This document shows, one piece after another, positions 1 to 9,340 of a DNA stretch of 64,000 bases. This DNA comes from Limisphaerales bacterium (GTDB lineage Bacteria > Verrucomicrobiota > Verrucomicrobiia > Limisphaerales > UBA11358), in the NCBI GenBank assembly GCA_052140285.1, contig JBKQUF010000006.1, positions 1,133 through 65,132 on the forward strand, in the 5' to 3' direction. Positions within the stretch are counted from its first letter, which is position 1; each line of letters starts with the position of its first letter. The notes beneath the pieces are model-generated. The model ran no database searches. It was not told where the DNA came from and saw nothing but the letters and a program-made list of their open reading frames with translations. The position numbers and the translations under genes were made by a program.

Positions 1-15
1 CGGTGTCGGACATGG

Positions 16-852
16 TCAGATGATGTCGGCAAAAGCCCGCTCGGTTTTGCGAAAGTAACAAATTCCGGTGTATAATAGCACCATGGTGAGACCAATGGAT
101 AAAGCAAATGAAGGCCAATAAATATCGGCGGAACCGCCCAGAACTGCCCACCGGAAGCCATCAACAACACCCACCATCGGGTTCAATGAATACAGAAAAA
201 ACCATCTTTCTCCAAGCTTTTCACGAACCAAATCACTGCTAAAAGGCACCCCGCATGCATAGATCCCGAATTGCACGATGAACGGAACAATGATGCGAAA
301 GTCCCGGTAGCGAACGGTTAATGCCGTCAAAATAAACCCCGCTCCCAAGGCAGCGGCGATGGCCAGCGCCATCAGGCCGGGAAGTGCAAGCAGTCGCCAC
401 GTCGGCCAGAAATGATACCAGACCATTAGCACCGCCAAGATGGTACAGGCAACCAAAAAATCCACGAGTGAAACCACTACCGAACTGGTCGGAACGATTA
501 AACGCGGAAAATAAATTTTTGAGATTAAATTGGCGTTGTTGACCACGCTCTGGCTGGCCATGGAAAGCGAATTGGAAAAAAATGTCCACGGAAGCATACC
601 CGCACAAACCATGATGGCATAGGGTGCTTGTGAATGCAACCCCGCCAGTTTTCCGAAAATGACGGTCATGATAATTATGCTCATCAGGGGTTGGATGAGC
701 GCCCACGCCGCGCCAGCGGTCGTTTGCTTGTAACGCACTGTGACATCCCGCCAGGCGAGAATCAGAAACAGTTCGCGGTAGTGGAACAGGTCGCGCCAAT
801 AATTTTTCGTCGCGCGGCCAGGTTCAAGAATCAGTTTGTGGGTTGCTGCCAT
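16..852 (-). CDS. wzm: ABC-2 type polysaccharide/O-antigen export permease (Wzm/KpsM/TagG family)
   Basis: 278-aa multi-TM ORF with N-terminal 'KNYWRDLFHYRELFLILAWRDVTVRYKQT' and 'ISKIYFPRLIVP' signatures. Clear paralog of 43328..44212. A minus-strand ATG at nt 13 (MSDT...), 2 nt after its stop, runs off the window and may be the partner ATPase. Confidence 0.85.
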   Translation of the reverse strand: MAATHKLILEPGRATKNYWRDLFHYRELFLILAWRDVTVRYKQTTAGAAWALIQPLMSIIIMTVIFGKLAGLHSQAPYAIMVCAGMLPWTFFSNSLSMASQSVVNNANLISKIYFPRLIVPTSSVVVSLVDFLVACTILAVLMVWYHFWPTWRLLALPGLMALAIAAALGAGFILTALTVRYRDFRIIVPFIVQFGIYACGVPFSSDLVREKLGERWFFLYSLNPMVGVVDGFRWAVLGGSADIYWPSFALSIGLTMVLLYTGICYFRKTERAFADII

Positions 853-964
853 TTAGGGTCAAGCTGCCGCACTTGGGCCTTCCGCTAAAAATCTGCAAAA
901 AAGCCTTTGCCTGCCTTTAACTGTAATTGGTCGAGGCATGTCGCCTCCAAGTCGAATGGCCGGA

Positions 965-1495
965 CTAAGCGCCACCCAACATTTTCAGAACAAACGGCAT
1001 AATATGCCGTCCTGCCCGCTCCCAACTGCGCAGCAATTTGATTCGTTCCTTGATATGCTTCATCTGCTCGTCTGAAAGATTCCGGGCCTGCGCCGCAATG
1101 TTGTCCAAGCGGGCTTCGCTGTTTTCAAAAGGAGTTAGAATTTGCCTCCGTAAAAATTGCCCGGCCAGTTTTCGCAATTCGGCCATGGCCTCGTAATGCG
1201 TCCGCCGGTCCCCCGCAACGTAAACTGTCCGCACGGCCCCAAGATCTTGAAGATATTTCAAGCCCTGGCTTGCGGACCCTTTGCTCAAGTTCAAACGCTC
1301 GATCAGCACATCCATCGGCAGCGGCCGGGGTGTGGCAAACAGCAATCCGTAAATTTCGGCCACCGAACGCGGCTGCCCGAATGCGCGGGAAAATTGGACA
1401 AACAAGTCAATGACCTCAATCTCAGCAGGTTCCAACCGCGAGATTGCGGCCTTTGTCTTGATTGTTTCCTGTTTCTCCATTGCGACAATAGCCAT
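965..1495 (-). CDS. winged-helix transcriptional regulator (GbsR/MarR-like)
   Basis: 176 aa. Segment 'SVAEIYGLLFATPRPLPMDVLIERLNLSKGSASQGLKYLQDLGAVRTV' reads as a wHTH. Lies directly downstream of exosortase 1 on the same strand. Confidence 0.6.
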   Translation of the reverse strand: MAIVAMEKQETIKTKAAISRLEPAEIEVIDLFVQFSRAFGQPRSVAEIYGLLFATPRPLPMDVLIERLNLSKGSASQGLKYLQDLGAVRTVYVAGDRRTHYEAMAELRKLAGQFLRRQILTPFENSEARLDNIAAQARNLSDEQMKHIKERIKLLRSWERAGRHIMPFVLKMLGGA

Positions 1496-1523
1496 GTGAT
1501 AAACTTATAACACATTCGTTTAG

Positions 1524-1547
1524 TTTGTTCAATTAAAAATGAACAAA
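1524..1547. promoter_or_regulatory. perfect inverted repeat TTTGTTC-N10-GAACAAA, candidate operator
   Basis: Read directly in the AT-rich gap 29-52 nt upstream of the regulator start codon (1495, minus strand). Confidence 0.35.
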
Positions 1548-1707
1548 AAATACGATTTAATTAGTTTTTACTTTCAGATTTGGCATTATTAGATACTTTA
1601 AGTTTACGATTTAGAGCCGTTCATTGCTTTCGCAGTGGGAAACTGCACGCGTCTCTGGATTTTTGCCGTTTTTAGCCAACGGGACGGATTCTTCGAGCGG
1701 AACTTTT

Positions 1708-3279
1708 TTACTCCCGTTCCGTTTGGATTATTTCCTGGAGTTGTTGTTGCAAGGCGGTTTTGGCCTCCGGTTCATCCAAATTGCCGGCCAGGGCGATTTC
1801 CAGAGAGCGATGGCCGAAGTTATTGCGTACGCCAGCCAGCGCGAGCGCCAGACGGTTGCCATCAACCGCTGGAAACATGGATACCACCCCCGGCGTGCTG
1901 ATTACGTCATTCCACATACAATAAAAGATGTAATACGGTCGCGGTTCGACCATCACTTCATAAACGACGAACGGCAAGCGAAAGCCACCGGCATCAATCC
2001 ATTCGCATTTCGAAAGGGTGATCACGCTATATCCGGCATCGGGCATGCAGATATCGGGTGTGTGTCCATATTCAACAGGAGTGCCCGGATTCCATTTTAT
2101 AAAAACTGCCTGCCATTGAAGGCCTTTTTCCCGCCAACTGGCATCTCGGCTGTCATCGCATTTAAGAAGTTGCAGCGCATTTTTGTCGAGCGGCATTTCT
2201 TTTAAGGTAGGGTTGTTGGTCGGCAAAAATATCGTCCATTGCGGTGTCGTCAGCAAGTGCAGTCCGTGCTGACGATACCAGGCTTGCACTGAGATTTCCA
2301 CTACAAAGATCCAGGCCAGCAGTGACAATAGCAACGGAACCAATCGGCGCTTCGGTTGAGGAAAATCAGCGAGACTGGCTGCGGTTACATGGGGGTGAAC
2401 GATAATGTTCTTTCGCGCCAGATAAATTCCCAGACCCCAAAGCGCAAAATAACACGCGGCCAATATGGTGAGGGCCGCTGGGTCGTGCCACTCTGCAATC
2501 GTTGTGATGCCATGCCGGGCTGCTACCCATATGAGGAATGACATCCGCACTTGATTTAACAAAAACGACATCGTGAATCCGCCGAGAATCAGAATGAGCC
2601 GGCGCGGGAAATTCAACCGATATAATTCGCCGAAAAAAAGTGAGATCATCAACGTGGCCTGAAACGACCGGATGCCGCTGCATGCTTCCGCAATACCCAC
2701 TTCGCCCGTCGCCACTTCAATTACATTGCCGTGTTGGATCGCAGGAACCCCCAACCAACCGAGCAATTCCACCGTGGCTCCCGTGTCGGCACGGGTCAGA
2801 CCTTGGATCAAGGGTACCTCCGCAAATGCTGGCCAGGGAACCGCGACAAGAAAATAGATGATTGGAAACGCGAGGCGTTTCAACCATTGTTCGCCTAAGA
2901 CAAAGTAAGTCAGCACGAGCGTCAACCCCACCAGCTCTATCGCCAGCGCCCAACTGACCAATCGCCATTCGGGGTCGGCTTCTTCGATCAGACGCGTGGG
3001 CGCGTAAAGTAATGTAAAAAAAAACAGGAGGTATGATGGATAACGAAGCGTGAAAGTTTGATTGAGAACCGGGGCATTGTGAAATTTTTTCCAGACCAGA
3101 TACGCACATAAAAAGGGCACCGCCCACCCATAACCATACTGGGGATTGAGCGTCCACTCAATCCGCAGATGATTGACAAGAGCCACCCAAAGACCTCCCA
3201 AAACAATAACGAGCAATAGCATGGCTTTCGGGTTTGTGTCTTGGTAAGCCTGGTTTGCGATCAGATTAAATCTAATCAT
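1708..3279 (-). CDS. exosortase fused to a C-terminal EpsI-like domain (exosortase 1)
   Basis: 523 aa, polytopic. Catalytic-region motifs 'IAEACSGIRSFQ', 'LNQVRMS' and 'EWHDPA'. C-terminal soluble part has the EpsI-like 'HTPDICMPDAGY'. Confidence 0.9.
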   Translation of the reverse strand: MIRFNLIANQAYQDTNPKAMLLLVIVLGGLWVALVNHLRIEWTLNPQYGYGWAVPFLCAYLVWKKFHNAPVLNQTFTLRYPSYLLFFFTLLYAPTRLIEEADPEWRLVSWALAIELVGLTLVLTYFVLGEQWLKRLAFPIIYFLVAVPWPAFAEVPLIQGLTRADTGATVELLGWLGVPAIQHGNVIEVATGEVGIAEACSGIRSFQATLMISLFFGELYRLNFPRRLILILGGFTMSFLLNQVRMSFLIWVAARHGITTIAEWHDPAALTILAACYFALWGLGIYLARKNIIVHPHVTAASLADFPQPKRRLVPLLLSLLAWIFVVEISVQAWYRQHGLHLLTTPQWTIFLPTNNPTLKEMPLDKNALQLLKCDDSRDASWREKGLQWQAVFIKWNPGTPVEYGHTPDICMPDAGYSVITLSKCEWIDAGGFRLPFVVYEVMVEPRPYYIFYCMWNDVISTPGVVSMFPAVDGNRLALALAGVRNNFGHRSLEIALAGNLDEPEAKTALQQQLQEIIQTERE

Positions 3280-3285
3280 TAACTA

Positions 3286-3314
3286 AATTTATTCTTTAAT
3301 CTTGTCATTGGCAA
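3286..3314 (-). promoter_or_regulatory. sigma70-like promoter TTGCCA-N17-TAAATT upstream of exosortase 1
   Basis: Minus-strand reading. The -10 box ends 6 nt before the ATG at 3279, which would give a leaderless or near-leaderless mRNA. Consensus match only. Confidence 0.3.
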
Positions 3315-3470
3315 ATCCTATTCCGCGATGAAACGCCATGATTTTTAAAAAAATCCATGGACTTCGGGTTGACCGACATTTTGCGGAAGCATCACTTCTC
3401 GCATTTGTGAATCGGTGGAACGAATTTGGTATTATTGCAGAAACCCTCGTTGGAGACTTGCCACAGAGCA

Positions 3471-4010
3471 TTAAGGCAAATAAACCGTGCGGTAAAATCT
3501 GCGGTTGAAATGGATTGCGTTCGCGTCTGAAAAAGAGAACGGGGCGGTGTTTGTCACAAGCGAGACCCAGTTTACCATGTTGGTGGATGCCTGGATGACA
3601 TATTGGTATCCTAGCACCTTGGTGACGTAAAAAGAAAATGCGCCGCCGGAACTCGCCACCGATCCCAAGAATCCTGCCGCGGTGGGAACCACAAAGGATG
3701 CTTCGTTGGAAAAACTGCTTTCCCCACCGGAGGCGTCGAGAGCCTTGGCGGCGAAAAAATAAGTCGTGCCATCGGCCAGGCCGGAAATCGTCGCGTTCGT
3801 GACATCCCCGGCGGAGTACACGTTGGTGTAAACGCCGCTCGCTGTGCCGTAATAAATATTATATCCCGTCACATCGGCATTGGTGCTGGGGTTCCACGTC
3901 AGTGTTACGTTTTGAGACGCGTTGGCTGGCAAACAAACGGAGACAAACAAGCCGCTGGACCAAAGGGCAATCAACAATGCGCGTTTAAAACTCATTAGGG
4001 CTTTCTGCAT
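3471..4010 (-). CDS. secreted fibronectin type III protein with a C-terminal 'RFYR' beta-domain
   Basis: Signal peptide from the internal ATG at 4010 (MQKALMSFKRALLIALWSSGLFVSVCLPANA). FN3 signature 'NVTLTWNPSTNADVTGYNIYYG...TTYFFAAKA'. C-terminus '...YQYVIQASTNMVNWVSL...NRRFYRTVYLP'. The ORF track start at 4052 is probably too long. Confidence 0.7.
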   Translation of the reverse strand: MQKALMSFKRALLIALWSSGLFVSVCLPANASQNVTLTWNPSTNADVTGYNIYYGTASGVYTNVYSAGDVTNATISGLADGTTYFFAAKALDASGGESSFSNEASFVVPTAAGFLGSVASSGGAFSFYVTKVLGYQYVIQASTNMVNWVSLVTNTAPFSFSDANAIHFNRRFYRTVYLP

Positions 4011-4421
4011 TCGATACGTCTCCCCCAGTATGCATAACGAATGCCAATACAACGGCTTGTGTGGAAAAAGCTACTTAATGGCGGCGATCCGGCTGGAAGC
4101 GAACTTTCTCCAAATGAATTCGCGCTGAATCCAAGGGCGTTCGACATGAGCTGCAAGACATTCAATTTTTCCCGTAGCAAACCGTCCACGTAATAACGGC
4201 TTCATAAATTTATCGCCCGTCTTTTGTTCAAAACTCCCAAGACACAGTGTCTTAAAATGAGGCAACAAAAAAAATCCGCTTTGAGTCAGAGGACGACAAA
4301 AGAAATACTAAAGGGCGAAGTTGAAAATTAAATCCGCCGGCTGCCAGGCTTTGGCGGGGAATTGAATGCCCCCACATTGGTCTTGTGGTCGCAGTAATGG
4401 CGACTCCCCCCGGTAGTATCT

Positions 4422-4727
4422 TTACGATAACGGCGGCAAATTCGGCCTTTTTTCGGTCGGCTCCGCGCCGAAATGGAAACCGCTCTCATCTTGATATCCC
4501 AAAGGAATTTGATTATTCATGGCAGTCCGCACCCGGATGATGAATCCGGCAAATGGGATTGTTGTCGGGGCCAAACTTACCCACCATTTATACTTTGCGG
4601 CTTCTCGAAGTGTCATGTCGCGTGTTTTGAGCATAGCGTGTGCCAATTCCGACGACGGTGAGGCTGTCGCGGTTTCGCCCGCAAGCAGCCCCTCGGAAGG
4701 CGATTCTTCTTTCTGGCGAAGCGTCAA
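4422..4727 (-). CDS. hypothetical small protein
   Basis: 101-aa ORF alone in a 940-bp gap. A weak hairpin plus T-rich tract lies downstream (about 4334..4358). No motif recognised except the C-terminal 'IPLGYQDESGFHFG'. Confidence 0.25.
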   Translation of the reverse strand: MTLRQKEESPSEGLLAGETATASPSSELAHAMLKTRDMTLREAAKYKWWVSLAPTTIPFAGFIIRVRTAMNNQIPLGYQDESGFHFGAEPTEKRPNLPPLS

Positions 4728-4994
4728 CCGGGCAAAAATGTTTAAACAGAAGGTTACGTTCGGGTTACATTGATGCTGGCGTATTTTTTATAAAATTCAA
4801 AAAAGCACATAATGCTTGCTGTAACGGGGTTTTTAAAATTGATGTGCATGTCATCTAATTGGCCAAGCAAGTCCTCCAACAGGAAGCCTCGTTCCCTATT
4901 TCTAAATACAGTACCCGGCTGGTTAATTTGCAGGTTAAGATTTAGCGACGGCTTGGATTGCGAGCCTTTCAAAGAAATCAGCATTTGAAAGATT

Positions 4995-5843
4995 ATGGAA
5001 ATGAACAAATACGCGTTCAATTTGATTATCGCGGGGGCCACGGCTTGGTCAATTCAAGATCATGCCGTTGCCGCCGATACGACTCAGCTTCAGGTCGATT
5101 ATAACATCGGCAGTTACACCGGTTACAACGCGAATGATTACATTGTGGATTTGCACGGCCCCTACAATGGCGAAGTTTACGATTCCGCATTCAGTGTGAG
5201 CTACGTTAGCGGGGAACCCATTCCTGGCAATTACACCGACCCGTTTACCAGTTTCTGCATGGACGTAACAGCGGACTTGGTGCCGAATGCCGATTGGAAG
5301 GCGATTGCGTATAGCGAGGTTAATACCGCTCAACTGGGATATTCCGATGGCTCGTCCAGTTTGAACCGCGCGGTGAACCTTTTCAACGCTTATGTCAATA
5401 CGGTTAATTTTGACAGCCAGGCTGGTGAGATTAACGGCGGAGCGTTGCAGTTGGCCATCTGGGATGTGCTGTTCGGCAATGATCTGGCTTCGGTCAACAA
5501 CTCATCGTCGTCGTTTTACGCCACCACAGTGGGAGCGGAAAGCTCGGCGGCCATCGCCCAGGCAAACGTTTTTCTGGATTCGTCGGCCAACAATGCCAAT
5601 CAAGTTTATCTGACCACCTATTGGGAGCCGACCGACGCCAACGGGAATCCTACTCCGACATCGAATCAGGGACTGATTGGTCTGGATCCTCCATATCTCG
5701 TGCCGCCGCAGGGGGAAGTCCCGGAGTTAGGCACCGGCATGGCTGCGGTTGCCGCCGGACTTTACGGAATTTATATGATGACCGGTTTTTGCCGCCCAAA
5801 CGGGAGGGGTTCCGCGCGTCGGCGCCAGTTATCAATTCATTGA
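4995..5843 (+). CDS. secreted PEP-CTERM-type protein with a thioester-domain-like Cys/Gln motif pair
   Basis: Has a signal peptide. C-terminal 'VPELGTGMAAVAAGLYGIYMMTGF...RGSARRRQ' is a PEP-like motif plus TM helix plus basic tail. Internal 'TSFCMDV' and 'ALQLAIWDV' resemble the Cys and Gln motifs of TED/TQXA adhesin domains. Confidence 0.65.
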   Translation: MEMNKYAFNLIIAGATAWSIQDHAVAADTTQLQVDYNIGSYTGYNANDYIVDLHGPYNGEVYDSAFSVSYVSGEPIPGNYTDPFTSFCMDVTADLVPNADWKAIAYSEVNTAQLGYSDGSSSLNRAVNLFNAYVNTVNFDSQAGEINGGALQLAIWDVLFGNDLASVNNSSSSFYATTVGAESSAAIAQANVFLDSSANNANQVYLTTYWEPTDANGNPTPTSNQGLIGLDPPYLVPPQGEVPELGTGMAAVAAGLYGIYMMTGFCRPNGRGSARRRQLSIH

Positions 5844-5875
5844 TTTGTCCGATAATATCCGCCCGACGCGGTTTA

Positions 5876-7546
5876 TTATTGGGCGGCGGCTTGGCGCACC
5901 AAGGCCATTTCCTCCGGTAGCAGCCGGGCGGTTTCAGCGAGTTTGAGCGGCTCCCGGGCGGCACTTCGATTACCAGCTTCCGCCTCCACAACGCCGTAAT
6001 AGGCAGCAATGGATGGGTTCTTCAAATACTCCGGTCTGAACGAATTGAAAATTTTCACCGCCTCGTTGGGTTTGGACTGGAGCAGGAGAGAATAGGCGTA
6101 GGTGCAGGCAAAGAACGGATTGTTGGTGGAGCTGTTGTAAGATTCCAAGGCCAGACGTTGTGCTTTGGGCAGATCCGATTTCAAGAGCAGTAAGACGGTG
6201 GCGAGGTTGTTCTTGAGCCGAATGTTGGAAGGATCGGTGGAATACATCTTGTCGAGCAGGTCCGCGATTTCCTGGGTTTTGCCGTCCGCGTAAAACAGGG
6301 CGACTAATTGTTCGTCGGCCCAGGTTTCATTGGGGAATTCTGAGATAATTTCCTGAAGAACCCCGGTTCTTTCCGCAGTCCATCCCCATGAGGCGGTTAC
6401 TTGATTCAGGGCGGACAGACGATCCAACCGGTGCGAGGAGAGCAGCACGGCCCTTTGCCATTCGGAATCAGCAACGAGATTATCGCCGGTGGACCGCAAA
6501 CCCAATGATTCAAGGGAAAGCCGGTAATAATTGAGTTCATCCCAATCCTGGTTTTGAACGACCGCCAGCAACCCATTCCAGTCTTTCAGCGCAATCTGGC
6601 AATCAGTTATACCCATCGGCACAGGCTGGTTGGTTTGGATGTCGTGAGGCAGGCTTTGGAGCCAGCGCAAAGCGACCGCCGGTGATTCATTCACCTGCAG
6701 CCAGTGTCCCAAAGCATAAGCGTGAAATGGAGAGTGAGAGGCGTCTTTTTCGAGAGCCGTCTGCCAGGCTTCAAACTGGGGGCTGTTTGCCTGATGAAGA
6801 ATTTGAAGATGCGCGAGCTTGTCGGCATAACCCGCCTTGGGGTCATTGACGATTTCTTGAGAAAAGTATATCGCGCGGTTGAAGGATTTGTGGGCGGTGG
6901 CATCAACGGCGAGATAGCGGATCGCAGTGAGGTAAAGCGGCGAGTTAGTGGGGATGCTCTGGAGCGTTTGACGAGCCGTGTCCGCCACCGCCTTGTTGGT
7001 TGAAACCAGACGGACTGTGGCAAGATTTAAAACGACGGCGATGTTGGTTGGCTCCAATTGCAGCGCCGCGGAATACTCCTTTTCCGCGTCAATGGGGTCA
7101 TTTAGATTCCAAGCCAGCGCCCCGGCCAGCTTGTGAAATTGAGCCGTGGACCTGAATTTTTCACCCACTCCCCGAAGCGCCTGGATGGTACTGGGTAAAT
7201 TATTCATTTTCAGCGCGGTTTGCGCCCAGGCAAAACGGTATTCGATGTTGTTGGTTTGGAGTTGCGCGGTGCGAATGCGCCAGTTCAAGGCGGCGGGAGC
7301 GCCTTCCTCTTCCAACAGATCAGCCGTCAACTCGTTTGCCTCGACGTTCAAGGGATTGATCGCGATGGCTCGTTGCAGGCACAGACCCGCGTTGTGGAGA
7401 TCCTTTTTCTGAAGATAATGACTGGCTTCCGTGGTCAATTGACGCACGGTAACCTGCCGGTAGGCCTTTCGGCCAAACCAGCCGGCGAAGGCCACCACCG
7501 CCATGACGGCGATGCAAATCAATGCTTTCCTTATGTAACCGCTCAT
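5876..7546 (-). CDS. membrane-anchored TPR repeat protein
   Basis: 556 aa. N-terminal TM helix (ALICIAVMAVVAFAGWF) followed by TPR-like helical repeats throughout. Confidence 0.7.
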   Translation of the reverse strand: MSGYIRKALICIAVMAVVAFAGWFGRKAYRQVTVRQLTTEASHYLQKKDLHNAGLCLQRAIAINPLNVEANELTADLLEEEGAPAALNWRIRTAQLQTNNIEYRFAWAQTALKMNNLPSTIQALRGVGEKFRSTAQFHKLAGALAWNLNDPIDAEKEYSAALQLEPTNIAVVLNLATVRLVSTNKAVADTARQTLQSIPTNSPLYLTAIRYLAVDATAHKSFNRAIYFSQEIVNDPKAGYADKLAHLQILHQANSPQFEAWQTALEKDASHSPFHAYALGHWLQVNESPAVALRWLQSLPHDIQTNQPVPMGITDCQIALKDWNGLLAVVQNQDWDELNYYRLSLESLGLRSTGDNLVADSEWQRAVLLSSHRLDRLSALNQVTASWGWTAERTGVLQEIISEFPNETWADEQLVALFYADGKTQEIADLLDKMYSTDPSNIRLKNNLATVLLLLKSDLPKAQRLALESYNSSTNNPFFACTYAYSLLLQSKPNEAVKIFNSFRPEYLKNPSIAAYYGVVEAEAGNRSAAREPLKLAETARLLPEEMALVRQAAAQ

Positions 7547-7766
7547 ACAACAAAAGATAAAACTGGCATATTATATTACTTACATACTTACATTCCAAAA
7601 CCCGGCTTCAATCAGCACGGTGTTTTGACAGTAACAAAGAGTTTAACCGGGTGGTTGGGAGTCGGGCAAGTGACGTTCATGTAACGACGAAGGCTGCCAT
7701 GTTGTGCCCCCCCAACCGGACAAAAAATTAGCAGCTTGCGCTCCGCTTCTCCGTCCTTTAAGCGGG

Positions 7767-8366
7767 CTATTTCCGGTCGGTTTCGGAGCGGTGTTTTGCC
7801 AGGTTTATCCCTGGTTCCATCCGAATTTCGCGGTTTTGAATTACCAAGCTGCGATCCAGTTCCACCGCAGTTTGCCGGCCCAGAAAATCCAGCAGAATCG
7901 AAACGCGCTGACGCTGCGGAATCACCCTGCTCACCATGGCCTGAAGACCGTGAAAAACGCCGCCGGCAACTTCGACAGCGTCGCCCGGATTGAGGTCTTG
8001 AGAAAGAATCCTGACTTCTTCATCTCCCACCGCGGAACGCAAATCGGCAATCGCTGCGTCCGGAATGGCCGGCCAGCGGTTGCCAAAATGAACCACGTTT
8101 CGGACTCCGGCTACGGCCCGCACCCAACGCAACTTGGAAGCCAAATCAAACTGCGCAAAGAGGTAGCCGGGAAAAAGCGCCTCTGTGACCCATGCCGGGC
8201 CGCGCCGGGTGGACCGACGGTAACGGATTCTGGGCAGGAACACCTCAATTCCCAAGTTTTGCCGGAGTTGGGCCGCGGCAATGTGTTCGTGTTTCGTTTG
8301 GGTTTGCACACAAAACCATTTTGCCGGTTCCTCCCCCGCTATTTCTTGTGCCGGAATTTTTTTCAA
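7767..8366 (-). CDS. NusG/RfaH/UpxY-family transcription antitermination paralog
   Basis: NGN-like 'KWFCVQTQTKHEHIAAAQLRQNLGIEVFLPRI...LFPGYLFAQF' plus KOW-like 'GDAVEVAGGVFHGLQAMV'. Apparent TTG start overlaps the upstream stop (TTGA). Confidence 0.8.
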   Translation of the reverse strand: MKKIPAQEIAGEEPAKWFCVQTQTKHEHIAAAQLRQNLGIEVFLPRIRYRRSTRRGPAWVTEALFPGYLFAQFDLASKLRWVRAVAGVRNVVHFGNRWPAIPDAAIADLRSAVGDEEVRILSQDLNPGDAVEVAGGVFHGLQAMVSRVIPQRQRVSILLDFLGRQTAVELDRSLVIQNREIRMEPGINLAKHRSETDRK

Positions 8367-9034
8367 GCCGCCGCCCGGAATTTTTTGCGCACCACGAGCA
8401 ACAGGGCACCCAGCGCCAACAACCCTGCGAACTTGCCCATTGAAGCAGGCTCGGGAACTGTAGAATAGTTGTAAGTGACCGCCAAAGTTCCGCCGCCGTT
8501 GTCATACCAAGCGACAAATAGCGGAGGGCCGGCACTAATCGACGAAATTGCGGTGGCCGAACTGTTCACGGTTAAATCATAGGTTCCCGTTCCAGTAAAC
8601 CCGGCGGGACCGAGTACGATTGAAGAAGGCGTAAGGGCGAAAGAACTGAACGGCAGTGACCCGGTATTCAAGCCGGGATTGGCCGTAAAATTGTCCTGAG
8701 CGAGAGTCTCACTACTGGACCAACTGGCGCTCAGACCCAAAGCGGAATTGACCAGGGTTCCGTTGGGATCGCTGACTTGAGCGTAAGCGACTGTCTGCGG
8801 CGCGCTTCCGATATTATAAACGCTATAACCAATATCCCCAACGACCGGAGTGAGTATTAAATCAATGCTGTTCAGTGTTCCAAGAGCAGCATTGAATTTG
8901 GCAAAATCGAACGCAAAACTGGTTGCCGCCGTGGGCAGAACACTCGCCGTTTCAGTATAAAACGCTGCCTGCAATTGCGACGCCATCCCGAAGGCGGTCA
9001 TCAGCATTGCCAGCCAGATTTTAAATTTTTTCAT
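8363..9034 (-). CDS. PEP-CTERM sorting-domain secreted protein
   Basis: Signal peptide 'MKKFKIWLAMLMTAFGMASQLQA'. Canonical C-terminus 'VPEPASMGKFAGLLALGALLLVVRKKFR'. Confidence 0.85.
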   Translation of the reverse strand: MKKFKIWLAMLMTAFGMASQLQAAFYTETASVLPTAATSFAFDFAKFNAALGTLNSIDLILTPVVGDIGYSVYNIGSAPQTVAYAQVSDPNGTLVNSALGLSASWSSSETLAQDNFTANPGLNTGSLPFSSFALTPSSIVLGPAGFTGTGTYDLTVNSSATAISSISAGPPLFVAWYDNGGGTLAVTYNYSTVPEPASMGKFAGLLALGALLLVVRKKFRAAA

Positions 9035-9340
9035 ATTTTCACCCTTGGTGACGACTTCTGAAAAGCATCAATCAGTCCAAGAGCCAAATGTACTATCTTC
9101 ATTTTCAACCACATTATTTTAACATGAATATTAAGAGTAAACAACACTAATGCTTTTGAAAAATATCCATAATAAGGACAAGCAATTCCTTTTAAGTGAC
9201 ACGGAGTTGAAATTTTACAAAGATAAACCAGATATGGCGGAGCGACGGTTTCCAGCCGGGATTGGCAGTCCGAAAGTCCCAAGCCGACACGTCGGCGCCC
9301 CGGTCTGATGGCGTTTCATGCGCAATATGAAATTTTCGGG

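Noticed and set aside
7704-8468. 254-aa plus-strand ORF overlapping the NusG-like and PEP-CTERM genes
   Set aside because: It is antisense to two motif-supported genes and gives a Pro/Arg-rich translation.
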